This document shows, piece after piece, positions 1 through 9,841 of a stretch of DNA of 50,084 bases. The translations under genes were made by a program, and so were the position numbers. Source of the DNA: Myxococcales bacterium (lineage in GTDB: Bacteria; Myxococcota; Myxococcia; Myxococcales; 40CM-4-68-19); contig JBJMQD010000389.1 of NCBI GenBank assembly GCA_045802855.1, positions 1-50,084 of the forward strand. Direction: 5' to 3'. The notes below the pieces were generated by a model that ran no database searches, was not told where the DNA came from, and saw only the letters and a list, made by a program, of their open reading frames with translations. The first letter of the stretch is position 1; each line of letters starts with the position of its first letter.

Positions 1-2
1 TA

Positions 3-170
3 CAGGGTCGCGAAGGGCTCCTGGGAAGGTTCACGGCCGCCGACATCGTCGTCGGGGGCACTGTGCTCTGGGCGCTCAGTCTGAGGCTGCTCGAGGAGCA
101 TCCGGCCCTGGTCGACTACGCCAATCGCCTCAAGGACCGCCCGGCGTTCCAGCGCTCTCGCAAGGACTGA
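3..170 (+). CDS. Glutathione S-transferase family protein, C-terminal fragment (5' end outside the window)
   Basis: Hand translation of frame +3 gives GRFTAADIVVGGTVLWA...HPALVDYANRLKDRPAFQRSRKD*, the typical GST C-terminal FTAADI and Y..RL..RPAF motifs. Confidence 0.75.
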   Translation, partial: QGREGLLGRFTAADIVVGGTVLWALSLRLLEEHPALVDYANRLKDRPAFQRSRKD

Positions 171-294
171 TTTGGGAAAGACGCGAGGGCGGCGAGCGAT
201 CCTGGCGAACCGCCACGCCTGCCCTCACGGCCGCTAGCCCCCCCGCCGCGGCACATGCATATTTCCACCGGCAAAGCAGCCCGGCAAGGGGCGG

Positions 295-612
295 TCAGAC
301 GGATGTTGGCGAGCGGCCACCGGGCCCTACCGGAGCCGGACTCGCCGAGGCCGGGAGCGTCTTTGCCGGGGCGGTCCGGGACCGGAAGCGCAGCGAGATG
401 ACGAATCCGAGCACTCCGCCGATGACGAACGCGATCACCTGCGTTTGCACGAGCCGGTGAATCCCCCAGCGCACCGCGTCGTCGCCCTTCATCATGACGA
501 CGCCCCCCTCGGGCGGGGTGAAATACCAACCGAGGACGGACGGAGCGATGAGCGTCGCCAGCACCGCGAAGACGACGCCGAGACCGAGGATCCAGACCAG
601 AGTGCGCAGCAT
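295..612 (-). CDS. Small hypothetical membrane protein (2 TM)
   Basis: 105-aa ORF with two hydrophobic segments; sigma70-like promoter directly upstream. Confidence 0.7.
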   Translation of the reverse strand: MLRTLVWILGLGVVFAVLATLIAPSVLGWYFTPPEGGVVMMKGDDAVRWGIHRLVQTQVIAFVIGGVLGFVISLRFRSRTAPAKTLPASASPAPVGPGGRSPTSV

Positions 613-618
613 GCCTCG

Positions 619-647
619 AACGTAGAGTACGAGACATCAGGGGTCAA
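619..647 (-). promoter_or_regulatory. Sigma70-type promoter, probably giving a leaderless mRNA
   Basis: TTGACC-N17-TACGTT on the minus strand; the -10 box ends 6 nt before the ATG at 612. Confidence 0.6.
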
Positions 648-668
648 CCGAGGACGCGCTTCCCGCGG

Positions 669-697
669 TTGACTTCCCTGGTATCGGCCAATATGGT
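669..697 (+). promoter_or_regulatory. Sigma70-type promoter of the yceD-rpmF-fab operon
   Basis: TTGACT-N17-TATGGT, 12 nt upstream of the GTG at 710. Confidence 0.65.
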
Positions 698-709
698 GCG
701 CCGCTTTCC

Positions 710-1300
710 GTGGAACCCATTACCCTCAACGTCGACGAGATCGAGGAATCGGGCGACCTCTTCGAAGCCGACCTGTCCCGGGCGTTCATCGACGGCGCGC
801 TTCGAGGCGACCCGCCGACGGAATTCTACGCGGGCGGCGCGAGCCACCTGCGCGCGAAGGTGACGAAGCTCGGCCGCAAGGTTCTCTTCCAGACCCGGTT
901 CACCGTTCCGCTCGAGGGCCAGTGCAAGCGGTGCCTGAAGAAAGTGCGGGTCGACGAGCCCGTGGAACTGACGCTCACCTTCGTTCCCGCCGACCCGGTC
1001 CGGGCGGAAGCGGCTGCGGCCGCAAAGGAGACGGCGGGCGGCGAGGCGGTGGGCTCCTTCGACGCCGAGACGGTCGACGAGGAGCTGTACGCGGGCAAGG
1101 TCATCGACCTTTCGAACGCACTGCGCGAGCAGATCCTGCTTTCCATCCCTCCGTCGCCCCTCTGCGACGAGGCGTGCAAGGGGCTGTGCCCGCAGTGCGG
1201 CAAGGATCTGAACCAGGGCGATTGCGGCTGCGAGCGTACGACCATCGATCCCCGCTGGGCGGCCCTCAAGACCATGAAGCTGGAAAAGAAGGAGAAGTGA
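710..1300 (+). CDS. yceD: DUF177/YceD family protein
   Basis: CxRCL and LCxxxCKGLCPxCGxxLN...DPRWAAL motifs; lies directly before rpmF. Confidence 0.92.
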   Translation: MEPITLNVDEIEESGDLFEADLSRAFIDGALRGDPPTEFYAGGASHLRAKVTKLGRKVLFQTRFTVPLEGQCKRCLKKVRVDEPVELTLTFVPADPVRAEAAAAAKETAGGEAVGSFDAETVDEELYAGKVIDLSNALREQILLSIPPSPLCDEACKGLCPQCGKDLNQGDCGCERTTIDPRWAALKTMKLEKKEK

Positions 1301-1301
1301 G

Positions 1302-1484
1302 ATGGGCGTTCCGAAGAAGCGGACCAGCCGGCAGAAGCGCGATTCGCGGCGGGCGCACTGGAAGGCCACTGCCCCGAACGTGGGCGCCTGTCCGAAGTGC
1401 GGCGAACCGATCCTGCCGCACCGTGCTTGTCCCAAGTGCGGTGAGTACCAGGGGCGCGCGGTGATTGCGGCCAAGGAGGACTGA
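1302..1484 (+). CDS. rpmF: 50S ribosomal protein L32
   Basis: MGVPKKRTS...RRAH, CPKCG...PHRACPKCGEY. Confidence 0.98.
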   Translation: MGVPKKRTSRQKRDSRRAHWKATAPNVGACPKCGEPILPHRACPKCGEYQGRAVIAAKED

Positions 1485-1522
1485 GGAGTTCTCGACGCAA
1501 TTCCAGGCTCCCGCGGAGTGAC

Positions 1523-2008
1523 GTGATGGCACTCGCGCTCGATGCGATGGGGGGAGACCTGGCGCCGGCCGCCACGGTCGAAGGCGAGGTCCACGCGAGG
1601 CGCGTCCTCGCCGTCGCGCGCCCGGGCATCGGTGTCGCCGCCAACGGCGAGGAGGAGGAGAAGGGCACCGACCTCACTCGCGCGGCAGCATCGGCCTTGC
1701 GAAAGCCCAGCAGCGGGGTGCACTTCAAGGTTTACTTTGACCGGCGGGACGTGTTTTCAGGCGAGGTGGACGTGGTGGCGACCGACGGCTTCACCGGCGA
1801 CGTGCTCCTCGAGACGGCCGAGGGCGCGGTGGGGGCGTTCGGCCAGTTCCTCGAGCGCCAGATCCACGGGTCTCCCTTCGCCACCGCGGGCGCGCTGCTC
1901 CTCGCTGCGCTGAGCGCGGCGGAGGCGTTCGCGGCGCGCAGGATCGAGGACGAGATCGACGAGGCCGCGCAAAGGGCAGCGGGGTTGTTCGAGAAGAACG
2001 CGGCCTAG
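1523..2008 (+). pseudogene. plsX: Internally deleted, degenerate phosphate acyltransferase PlsX (frame still open, 161 aa versus the usual ~330-350)
   Basis: DAMGGD.AP, NGEE..KG and DVV.TDGFTG motifs present at the rpmF-fabH position; the central SAGNSGA/LDxGAN region and the YGGA.LLG/HGxS region are missing. Confidence 0.75.
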
Positions 2009-2026
2009 GGCTGCGGGGAGACCGAG

Positions 2027-3016
2027 ATGCAACGTTCACGGATCGTCGGTACCGGCACGTATCTTCCCTCCCGCAGGCTCACCAACGATCAGCTGCGCGA
2101 GGAGATGAAGATCGACACCACCGACGCCTGGATCCGCGAGCGCACGGGGATTGGGGCGCGGCGGCTCGCCGCGAAGGACGAAGCGACGAGCGACATGGCG
2201 ACCGCCGCGAGCAAGCAGGCGCTGGAGATGGCCGGGATGCGCGCCGAGGAGCTCGACGCGATCGTCTGCGGCACGGTCACCCCCGACATGCCTTTCCCCG
2301 CCGCAGCCTGCTTCGTGCAGTCGAAGCTCGGCGCCACCCGTGCCTTCGCTTTCGACGTTTCCGCCGCCTGCGCCGGATCGCTCTTCGCCCTGTCCATCGC
2401 GGACTCGTTCATCAGGACCGGAACGGCGAAGAAGGTGCTGGTCCTCGGCGCGGAGATGTTGAGCCGCATCACCGACTGGACCGACCGTTCCACCTGCGTG
2501 CTGTTCGGCGACGCCGCCGGAGCAATGGTGCTGGTCCCCGACACGCGCAGGGACCGGGGGATCCTCTCCACCCATCTCCACACCGACGGAACGCAGACGA
2601 GCATCCTCAACGTCCCCGGCGGTGGAAGCCTTCGTCCCGTCGACGAGAAGGTCATCGCGGAGAAGGGCCAGTTCATCAAGATGAACGGGCGTGAAGTCTA
2701 CAAGACCGCGGTGAAGGCGCTCGAGGCCGCGTCGCGCCAGGCGCTGGAGACGAACGGCTGCACGACGCGCGACGTGACGCGGGTCATCGCGCACCAGGCG
2801 AACCTCCGCATCCTCGAGCACGTCATGAAGAAGCTGGAAATCCCGCTGGAGAAGTGCGAGGTGAACATCGAGCAGGTCGGCAATACCTCGTCGGCATCGG
2901 TGCCGCTCACGCTCGATCAGGCGAACCGGGCGGGGCGTCTCAAGGATGGCGATCTCGTCCTGATGATGGCCATCGGCGGCGGGATGGCCTGGGGCAGCGC
3001 CCTCGTCCGCTGGTGA
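2027..3016 (+). CDS. fabH: Beta-ketoacyl-ACP synthase III
   Basis: AACAG (catalytic Cys), HQANLRI, GNTSSAS, LFGDAAGA. Confidence 0.97.
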   Translation: MQRSRIVGTGTYLPSRRLTNDQLREEMKIDTTDAWIRERTGIGARRLAAKDEATSDMATAASKQALEMAGMRAEELDAIVCGTVTPDMPFPAAACFVQSKLGATRAFAFDVSAACAGSLFALSIADSFIRTGTAKKVLVLGAEMLSRITDWTDRSTCVLFGDAAGAMVLVPDTRRDRGILSTHLHTDGTQTSILNVPGGGSLRPVDEKVIAEKGQFIKMNGREVYKTAVKALEAASRQALETNGCTTRDVTRVIAHQANLRILEHVMKKLEIPLEKCEVNIEQVGNTSSASVPLTLDQANRAGRLKDGDLVLMMAIGGGMAWGSALVRW

Positions 3017-3082
3017 GAGCCGATCGGGATCGGCCCTGGGGGGGCCATCGCCAGTCGCGCAGCATCCAGAGGAGAGCAAAGC

Positions 3083-4036
3083 ATGCCGGTCGCGTTCGTG
3101 TTTCCGGGCCAGGGGTCGCAGGCGGTGGGGATGGGAAGGGCGCTCGCCGAGGCCTATCCGGAGGCGCGCGCGGTCCTCGACGAGGTCGATGGAGCTCTCG
3201 GCGGCGGCCTCTTGCAGCTCATCTTCGAGGGGCCCGAGGAGGAGCTGCGCCAGACGGCGAATACCCAGCCCGCCATCATGGCGGTGAGCATCGCCTGCCA
3301 TCGCGTGCTGGTGAAGGAGGCAGGAGGCCGGTTGCAGCGGCCCGTCTATTTCGCGGGCCACTCGCTCGGGGAATACTCCGCACTGGTCGCCGCCGGATCG
3401 ATGGCGCTCTCGGACGCCGCTAGAGCGCTGCGGGCGCGCGGCAGGTTCATGCAGGAGGCCGTTCCGGCGGGCGAAGGCGCGATGGCCGCGATCCTCGGCC
3501 TCGACCCGCAGCTCGTCGCCGACGCCTGCAAGGAGGCGCAGGGCCAGGATCCGGGGACCGTCGTCGAGCCGGCCAACTACAACTCACCTGAGCAGACGGT
3601 GATCGCGGGCCACTCTTCCGCCGTGGACCGCGCCATCGCGAAGTGCAAGGAAAAGGGTGCGAAGCGGGCGGTTCCGCTGCCGGTGAGCGCTCCGTTCCAC
3701 TGCTCGCTGATGGCTCCGGTGCAGCCGCGGCTCGCGCAGGTCCTCGGGGCGATCACGTTCAAACACCCCTCGTCGCCCATCATCGCGAACGTCACCGCCG
3801 AGCCGAACACGGATTCCGGGCGCATCGTCGAGCTGCTCCTCAGCCAGGTGACCGCGCCCGTCCGCTGGGTGGAAACCGTCGAGCGGATGACGCTCTCCGG
3901 CGTCGATACCCTGGTCGAAATCGGCCCCGGGAAGGTGCTTTCCAACCTCGCGCGGAGGATTGAGAAGAAGCTTCGCGCCTTCAACGTCGAAGACCCGCAA
4001 AGCCTCAACGCCACGCTCGCCGAGGTGTTCAAGTGA
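3083..4036 (+). CDS. fabD: Malonyl-CoA:ACP transacylase
   Basis: FPGQGSQ, GHSLGEY, VSAPFH, EIGPGKVL. Confidence 0.97.
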   Translation: MPVAFVFPGQGSQAVGMGRALAEAYPEARAVLDEVDGALGGGLLQLIFEGPEEELRQTANTQPAIMAVSIACHRVLVKEAGGRLQRPVYFAGHSLGEYSALVAAGSMALSDAARALRARGRFMQEAVPAGEGAMAAILGLDPQLVADACKEAQGQDPGTVVEPANYNSPEQTVIAGHSSAVDRAIAKCKEKGAKRAVPLPVSAPFHCSLMAPVQPRLAQVLGAITFKHPSSPIIANVTAEPNTDSGRIVELLLSQVTAPVRWVETVERMTLSGVDTLVEIGPGKVLSNLARRIEKKLRAFNVEDPQSLNATLAEVFK

Positions 4037-4650
4037 GTCGTCGCCCATCCTCCTGCCTGCGGCCTCCGCCCGTCGCAGGCAAAGCCCGCTCCTCCCGGGT
4101 CGCGCTTTTCGCCTCCTGCGCGGTGGGCATCGCCCTCGCGTGGGCGTGCGCCTCGCCCTCGAACACGAAGAAGATCGTCGCCGAGGAGTGCAGCAAGAAC
4201 CTCGACTGCGCGTACGGCCTCGAGTGCGTGGCGCCCGAAGGAAGCGCGGCCGGCGCGGATACCGATGCGGCCATCGTGCAGGGAAGACGCACGTGCCAGT
4301 ACAAGTCGTTCGGCGAGTGCGACATGCCTCCCGATGCGGACGGCGGGGGCGTCCCGGCGGCGGCTCAGACGAGCGGGCAGCAGTGTCTGCCCGGTTACCG
4401 TTGCAGGGACGGTCGTTGCACGGTGATGTGCGCCGCCAACAAGGATTGCCGCGACGGCGAGGCTTGCCGCATCGGCGTCTGCCAGAGGACCGGTGGGCGT
4501 GCGGGCGCGATGTGCTACGACAATCGAGATTGCCCTTGGCCGGAGACGTGCTTCTACGGTCAGTGCGTCATGAGCGCCCAGGGAGGGCGCTGCCAGTCGG
4601 ACCTCGACTGCCAGGCCAACTTCCACTGCGTGAACGGACTTTGCCAATAG
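4033..4650 (+). CDS. Cys-rich repeat lipoprotein (Dickkopf-N-like C..DC....C..G.C modules)
   Basis: Lipobox-like LAWAC; repeated modules CSKNLDC, CAANKDC...CRIGVC, CYDNRDC...CFYGQC, CQSDLDC...CVNGLC; the GTG start overlaps the fabD stop. Confidence 0.75.
   Translation: MSRRPSSCLRPPPVAGKARSSRVALFASCAVGIALAWACASPSNTKKIVAEECSKNLDCAYGLECVAPEGSAAGADTDAAIVQGRRTCQYKSFGECDMPPDADGGGVPAAAQTSGQQCLPGYRCRDGRCTVMCAANKDCRDGEACRIGVCQRTGGRAGAMCYDNRDCPWPETCFYGQCVMSAQGGRCQSDLDCQANFHCVNGLCQ
4046..4093 (+). repeat. Dispersed ~54-bp palindromic repeat, copy 1 (within the signal-peptide region of 4033..4650)
   Basis: ctgcggcctccgcccgtcgcaggcaaagcccgctcct matches the unit repeated at 20391-20552. Confidence 0.9.
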
Positions 4651-4651
4651 G

Positions 4652-4686
4652 GGGCTTTGCCTGCGACGGGCGGAGGCCGCAGCATA
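4652..4686 (-). repeat. Dispersed repeat, copy 2 (inverted, lacking 7 nt of hairpin 1)
   Basis: 4652-4682 is the exact reverse complement of 4057-4087 (31 bp) and continues into tatg of the consensus. Confidence 0.9.
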
Positions 4687-4773
4687 GGTGACGCGATCGG
4701 TCTTTCCTTTGACCTTCTCTGTGCTACAAGGCCGCGCGGACACATCTTCGGCCCATTTCGAAAGGAACTACGC

Positions 4774-5007
4774 ATGACGGTCGAGGCGAAGGTCAAGAGC
4801 ATCATCGCGGAGCAGCTCGGGGTGGGCGAGGACGAAATAAAGACGGATTCCGCTTTCATCGAGGACCTGGGCGCCGATTCCCTCGACATCGTCGAGCTGG
4901 TCATGGCCATGGAAGAGGAATTCGAAGTGGAGATCCCCGACGAGGAAGCCGAGCACATCAAGACGGTCAAGGACGCAGTGAACTTCATCAACGAGCACAA
5001 GAAATAG
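4774..5007 (+). CDS. acpP: Acyl carrier protein
   Basis: [20 protein letters not shown]; AAAGGA RBS before the ATG at 4774. Confidence 0.98.
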   Translation: MTVEAKVKSIIAEQLGVGEDEIKTDSAFIEDLGADSLDIVELVMAMEEEFEVEIPDEEAEHIKTVKDAVNFINEHKK

Positions 5008-5025
5008 GTCCGGGAGGCAACCGGG

Positions 5026-6282
5026 GTGGCTGAAATGCAGCGCGTAGAACGCAGAGTCGTCGTCACGGGAATCGGCCTCGTCACCCCTCTCGGCATCGGC
5101 AATGAGTCCAACTGGCAATCCGTCCTTGCCGGCAAGAGCGGTATCGGTCTCATCACGCGCTTCGACGCGAAAGATCTGCCGAGCCGCATCGCCGGCGAGG
5201 TGAAGGGATTCGACGCCGCGCAGTTCATGGACAAGAAGGAGGCGCGGCGCAACGACCTGTTCATCCAGTTCGGACTCGCGGCGACGAAGATCGCGCTGGA
5301 AGACTCGGGGCTCCCCCTCGACAAGCCGCTCGGGGAGCGCGTCGGCGTCATCGTGGGCAGCGGAATGGGCGGCCTCGCCACCCTCGAGGACACGCACCTC
5401 ACGGCGGTGAACAAGGGTCACCGCCGGGTAAACCCGTTCTTCATTCCCTCCATCATCGTCAACCTCGTCGGCGGGCAGATCTCCATCCGCTACGGAGCGG
5501 CGGGGGTGAACTACGCCCCGGTCTCCGCCTGCGCGACCGGGAACCACGCCATCGGCGAAGGGATGAGGCACATCCAGCACGGCGACGTGGACATCGTCAT
5601 CACCGGCGGCGCCGAGGCGACCATCACGCTCCTGGGAATCTCCGGATTCACGGCCGCCCGCGCGCTCAGCGAACGCAACGACGATCCTGCCAGGGCGTCG
5701 CGGCCTTTCGACAAGGATCGCGACGGCTTCGTGCCGGGCGAAGGATCGGGAATCCTCGTCATCGAGGAGCTCGAGCACGCGAAGAAGCGCGGCGCGCGGA
5801 TCTACTGCGAGCTCACCGGCTATTCCGCGACCGCGGACGCGTTCCACATCACCCAGCCTTCGGGCGGCGGCGCCGAGCGCGCGATGCGGCTCTGTCTCGA
5901 GGACGCCGGCCTCACCCCGCAAGACGTCCAGTACGTGAACGCGCACGGTACTTCGACCCCGGTCGGGGACATCGCCGAGACGAAGGCGATCAAGAACGTC
6001 TTCGGCGAGTGGGCGAAGAAGGGGCTCATGGTCAGCTCGACGAAGAGCATGACCGGCCACATGCTCGGGGCGGCAGGAGGAGTCGAGGCCGCGCTGAGCG
6101 CCTTCGCGCTCCAGCGCGGGGTCGTCCCGCCCACGATCAACCTGGAAAATCCCGATCCGGAGTGCGACCTCGACTACGTTCCGAACGAGCCGCGAGAGGT
6201 ACGCCTCGACGCGGTGCTTTCGAATTCGTTCGGATTCGGCGGCACCAACGCCGTCCTCGCCCTCGAGCGCTTCGCCGACTGA
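5026..6282 (+). CDS. fabF: Beta-ketoacyl-ACP synthase II
   Basis: [44 protein letters not shown]. Confidence 0.97.
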   Translation: MAEMQRVERRVVVTGIGLVTPLGIGNESNWQSVLAGKSGIGLITRFDAKDLPSRIAGEVKGFDAAQFMDKKEARRNDLFIQFGLAATKIALEDSGLPLDKPLGERVGVIVGSGMGGLATLEDTHLTAVNKGHRRVNPFFIPSIIVNLVGGQISIRYGAAGVNYAPVSACATGNHAIGEGMRHIQHGDVDIVITGGAEATITLLGISGFTAARALSERNDDPARASRPFDKDRDGFVPGEGSGILVIEELEHAKKRGARIYCELTGYSATADAFHITQPSGGGAERAMRLCLEDAGLTPQDVQYVNAHGTSTPVGDIAETKAIKNVFGEWAKKGLMVSSTKSMTGHMLGAAGGVEAALSAFALQRGVVPPTINLENPDPECDLDYVPNEPREVRLDAVLSNSFGFGGTNAVLALERFAD

Positions 6283-6384
6283 ACGGTTCCTCGCTCGACT
6301 TCACGTTCCCCGGGCATCGCGGGCAAGTCCGCCTTAGGGCTGTGATATGAACCCCGCGTCCACCCGTTTGTCGAAAGGGAAACG

Positions 6385-7653
6385 ATGACGTCGCCGTTCG
6401 AAAGGCCGCTCGAGCAGGCCGATCCAGAGGTTGCTTCGCTCATCCGGCAGGAAACCGAGCGGCAGGCGAACGGCCTCGAGCTGATCGCAAGCGAGAACTT
6501 CGTCTCCGAGGCGGTGCTGGAGGCCGCCGGCTCGCCGCTCACCAACAAGTACGCGGAGGGTCTGCCAGGCAAGCGCTACTACGGCGGCTGCGAAATCGTC
6601 GACAAGGTGGAGCAACTCGCCATCGACCGGGCCAAGACACTCTTCGGCGCCGAGCACGCCAACGTGCAGCCCCATGCGGGATCGCAGGCGAACATGGCGA
6701 CCTATTTCGCCCTGATCCGGCCCGGCGATCGCATCCTCTCGCTTTCACTCGCGCAGGGCGGCCACCTCACGCACGGTTCCCCCGTCAACTTCTCCGGCAA
6801 GCTCTTCGAGATCCATCACTACGGGCTCGATCCGAAGACGGAGCAGATCGACTTCCCCGCGGCGCGCAAGCTGGCGCTGGAAGTGAAGCCGCGGATGGTG
6901 CTCTGCGGCGCCTCGGCCTATCCGCGCACCATCGACTTCGTCAGGCTGCGGGAAATCGCCGAGGAAGCCTCTGCCGTGATGGTCTGCGACATCGCGCACA
7001 TCGCGGGCCTCGTGGCGGTGGGGTTGCACCCTTCGCCGGTTCCCCTGGCGGACGCGGTGACGAGCACCACGCATAAGACCCTCCGCGGTCCCCGGTCCGG
7101 GCTCATCCTCTGCAAGCAGCAGCACGCGAAGGCCGTCGATTCCAACGTCTTCCCGGGCATCCAGGGCGGTCCGCTCGAGCACATCATCGCGGCGAAGGCG
7201 GTGGCCTTCGGCGAGGCGCTCAGGCCCGAGTTCAAGGAGTACCAGCAGCGGATCCTCGACAACGCCCAGGCACTCGCCCAGGGGCTGCTCGAAGGGGGCG
7301 TCCGGCTCGTCGCGGGCGGTACCGATACCCATCTCATGTTGTGCGACCTGCGCTCGAAGAAGCTGACCGGCAAGGTGGCCGAGGCGGCGCTACAGCGGGC
7401 GCACATCACCACCAACAAGAACATGATCCCTGGCGATCCCGAGAAGCCGTTCGTGACGAGCGGGCTGCGCCTGGGAACCCCCGCGCTGACCACGCGGGGA
7501 ATGGGGCCTTCGCAGATGCGGACCATCGCGAAGCTCATCGTGCGGGTGCTCGAGGCCCCCGACGACGAGAAGGTGACGACCAGCGTGCGCGGCGAGGTGA
7601 CGGAGCTTTCGCAAGAGTTCCCTCTCTACGCGAGCAGGCTGCGCAAGCGTTGA
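6385..7653 (+). CDS. glyA: Serine hydroxymethyltransferase
   Basis: [30 protein letters not shown]. Confidence 0.98.
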   Translation: MTSPFERPLEQADPEVASLIRQETERQANGLELIASENFVSEAVLEAAGSPLTNKYAEGLPGKRYYGGCEIVDKVEQLAIDRAKTLFGAEHANVQPHAGSQANMATYFALIRPGDRILSLSLAQGGHLTHGSPVNFSGKLFEIHHYGLDPKTEQIDFPAARKLALEVKPRMVLCGASAYPRTIDFVRLREIAEEASAVMVCDIAHIAGLVAVGLHPSPVPLADAVTSTTHKTLRGPRSGLILCKQQHAKAVDSNVFPGIQGGPLEHIIAAKAVAFGEALRPEFKEYQQRILDNAQALAQGLLEGGVRLVAGGTDTHLMLCDLRSKKLTGKVAEAALQRAHITTNKNMIPGDPEKPFVTSGLRLGTPALTTRGMGPSQMRTIAKLIVRVLEAPDDEKVTTSVRGEVTELSQEFPLYASRLRKR

Positions 7654-7662
7654 CCCGATGAA

Positions 7663-8133
7663 ATGAAGTGCCCCTTCTGCCCATCGCAGGACAACAAGGT
7701 CATCGACTCGCGCCTCTCGAACCAGGGGGCAGTCATCCGCAGAAGGCGCGAATGCCTCGGATGCGAGAGGCGCTTCACCACCTACGAGAGGGTGGAGGAG
7801 ATCCTCCCGATGGTGGTGAAGAAGGACGGACGGCGCGAGGCGTTCGACAGGCAGAAGATCGTCTCGGGAATCGAGATAGCCTGCCGCAAGCGCCCCGTCT
7901 CGGGGGAGCAGATCGAGGCCGTAGTCGACGGCATCGAGCGGCGCTTGCAAGAGATGGGCGAGAAGGAGATCCCCACCACCTTCATCGGGGAAACCGTCAT
8001 GCGCGAGCTTTCCCGGCTCGACGAGGTCGCCTACGTGCGCTTCGCGTCGGTCTACCGATCGTTCAAGGACGTGGGCGAGTTCATGAGCGAGCTCAAGGAG
8101 CTGATCCACGAGCGCAAGGGCAAGCAGAAGTAG
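7663..8133 (+). CDS. nrdR: Transcriptional repressor NrdR
   Basis: MKCPFC, RRRRECxxCxxRFTTYE, ATP-cone, [10 protein letters not shown]. Confidence 0.98.
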   Translation: MKCPFCPSQDNKVIDSRLSNQGAVIRRRRECLGCERRFTTYERVEEILPMVVKKDGRREAFDRQKIVSGIEIACRKRPVSGEQIEAVVDGIERRLQEMGEKEIPTTFIGETVMRELSRLDEVAYVRFASVYRSFKDVGEFMSELKELIHERKGKQK

Positions 8134-8152
8134 CGACGTCGACGAGAAGCTC

Positions 8153-9226
8153 ATGCGCGATGCGCTCGCCGAGGCGGAGCGGGGGCGCGGCCGCACGCAT
8201 CCGAATCCCATCGTCGGGTCCCTCGTGGTCGCCGGCGGAAGGGTAATCGCCCGCGGGCATCACGAGCGGGCGGGAGGCCCGCATGCCGAGGTGGTCGCGC
8301 TCGGGAAGGCGGGAGCGCGAGCGCGCGGCGCCGACCTCTACGTCACCCTCGAGCCGTGCAATCACCACGGGCGGACGCCCCCCTGCACCGAAGCCGTCCT
8401 CGCCGCCGGGATCCGGCGCGTCGTCGTCGGAAGCGTCGATCCGAATCCCCTCGTCCACGGTCGCGGCATCCGGCGGATGCGGGCGGCGGGGGTGCGGGTC
8501 GAGGTGGGCGTCCTCGGCGCCGAGTGCGATCGGGCGAACGAGCAATGGTTCAAGTTCATCACACGGAAGATGCCGTGGGTCGTCCTCAAGGCGGCGATCA
8601 CGCTCGACGGCAAGCTCGCGACGCCGTCCGGCGACTCGCGGTGGGTAACCGGACCTACCGCGCGAGCACGGGTGCACGAGCTCCGCGACCGGCTCGACGC
8701 GGTGCTGGTGGGAATCGGCACCGCGCTCTCGGACGATCCCCTGTTGACCGCCCGGGGATCGGGACAGCGCGATCCAGTCCGTATCGTCGTCGATCCCAAG
8801 GGGCGGCTCCCGGCCGGAGCGCGGATGCTGGCGGAGCGATCGTCCGCCGAGACGGTCGTGGCCGTGACCCTGGCTGCTCCTGCCGGGAGACTCCGCGCGC
8901 TGGAGCGGCAGGGCGCGAAGATCCTCCGGTGCCGCCACGACCGGGACGGCCGCATCGTGCTCCGGGACCTGCTGCGGCGGATCGCGGGGCGGGGGCTCAC
9001 CAGCGTCCTCGTCGAGGGCGGCGCGAGGATCCACGGGTCGTTCCTGCGGCTGAGGCTCTGGGACGAGCTGCTCTTGTTCGTCGCTCCGAAGGTGCTCGGC
9101 GAGGGCGCGCTGTCCTTCGCCGCCATGCCCGCGCCTTCGTCGATGGGGCGAGCGCTCGGGGTCCAGATCACCGCCACGGACCGGCTGGGACCCGATCTGC
9201 TCGTCATGGCGCGCCCCGTGAGATAG
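8153..9226 (+). CDS. ribD: Riboflavin biosynthesis deaminase/reductase RibD (start possibly further upstream, at 8108)
   Basis: PNPIVG, HAE, LEPCNHHGRTPPC, TLDGK, VEGG. Confidence 0.96.
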   Translation: MRDALAEAERGRGRTHPNPIVGSLVVAGGRVIARGHHERAGGPHAEVVALGKAGARARGADLYVTLEPCNHHGRTPPCTEAVLAAGIRRVVVGSVDPNPLVHGRGIRRMRAAGVRVEVGVLGAECDRANEQWFKFITRKMPWVVLKAAITLDGKLATPSGDSRWVTGPTARARVHELRDRLDAVLVGIGTALSDDPLLTARGSGQRDPVRIVVDPKGRLPAGARMLAERSSAETVVAVTLAAPAGRLRALERQGAKILRCRHDRDGRIVLRDLLRRIAGRGLTSVLVEGGARIHGSFLRLRLWDELLLFVAPKVLGEGALSFAAMPAPSSMGRALGVQITATDRLGPDLLVMARPVR

Positions 9227-9235
9227 AACCGCCAG

Positions 9236-9841
9236 GTGTTCACGGGTCTCATCGAGGACATGGGCCGCATCGCCGCGGTCACTCCCATCCAGGGGGGAGG
9301 CTCGCAGGTCACGATTGCCACGCGGTTCGCGGACGACGATCTCGGGCATGGCGCCAGCATCGCAGTGGATGGCGCGTGCCTCACCGTCATCGGCCGGGAC
9401 CTCGATACTTTCACCGCTGACGTTTCCCTCGAGACCCTGGAACGGACGACGCTCAAGCACAAGAAGCCTGGCGACCCGGTCAATCTGGAGCGGCCGCTCG
9501 CGCTCGGCGAGCGTCTCGGCGGGCATCTGGTCCTCGGACACGTGGACGGCGTCGGCCGGATCCGCAGCCGCGAAGCGGCCGGCGACGCGCAGAGATTCGT
9601 GGTGGAGATTCCCCGCAATCTCATGAAGCTCGTGGTCGAGAAGGGTTCCATCTCCCTCGACGGTGTCAGTCTCACCGTGAATACCATCGTCGGCGACGAC
9701 GCCGTCTCGCTCATGATCATCCCGGAAACGCTGCGCGCGACGACCTTTGGCGGGCGGCATCCGGGGGATCACGTCAACGTCGAGGCCGACATCCTGGGAA
9801 AGCACGTGGAGCGGCTCCTCGCGTACAGGAGTCAATCGTGA
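9236..9841 (+). CDS. ribE: Riboflavin synthase (alpha chain)
   Basis: MFTGLIE, SIAVDGACLT, GGHLVLGHVD. Confidence 0.97.
   Translation: MFTGLIEDMGRIAAVTPIQGGGSQVTIATRFADDDLGHGASIAVDGACLTVIGRDLDTFTADVSLETLERTTLKHKKPGDPVNLERPLALGERLGGHLVLGHVDGVGRIRSREAAGDAQRFVVEIPRNLMKLVVEKGSISLDGVSLTVNTIVGDDAVSLMIIPETLRATTFGGRHPGDHVNVEADILGKHVERLLAYRSQS

Noticed and set aside
4657-4773. N-terminal extension of ACP in the ORF track
   Set aside because: It runs through the repeat and promoter region; the ATG at 4774 has an RBS and gives a canonical-length ACP.
6283-6384. Riboswitch upstream of glyA or the rib genes
   Set aside because: No recognisable glycine, ZTP, THF or FMN aptamer motifs; the rib genes are tightly packed behind nrdR.
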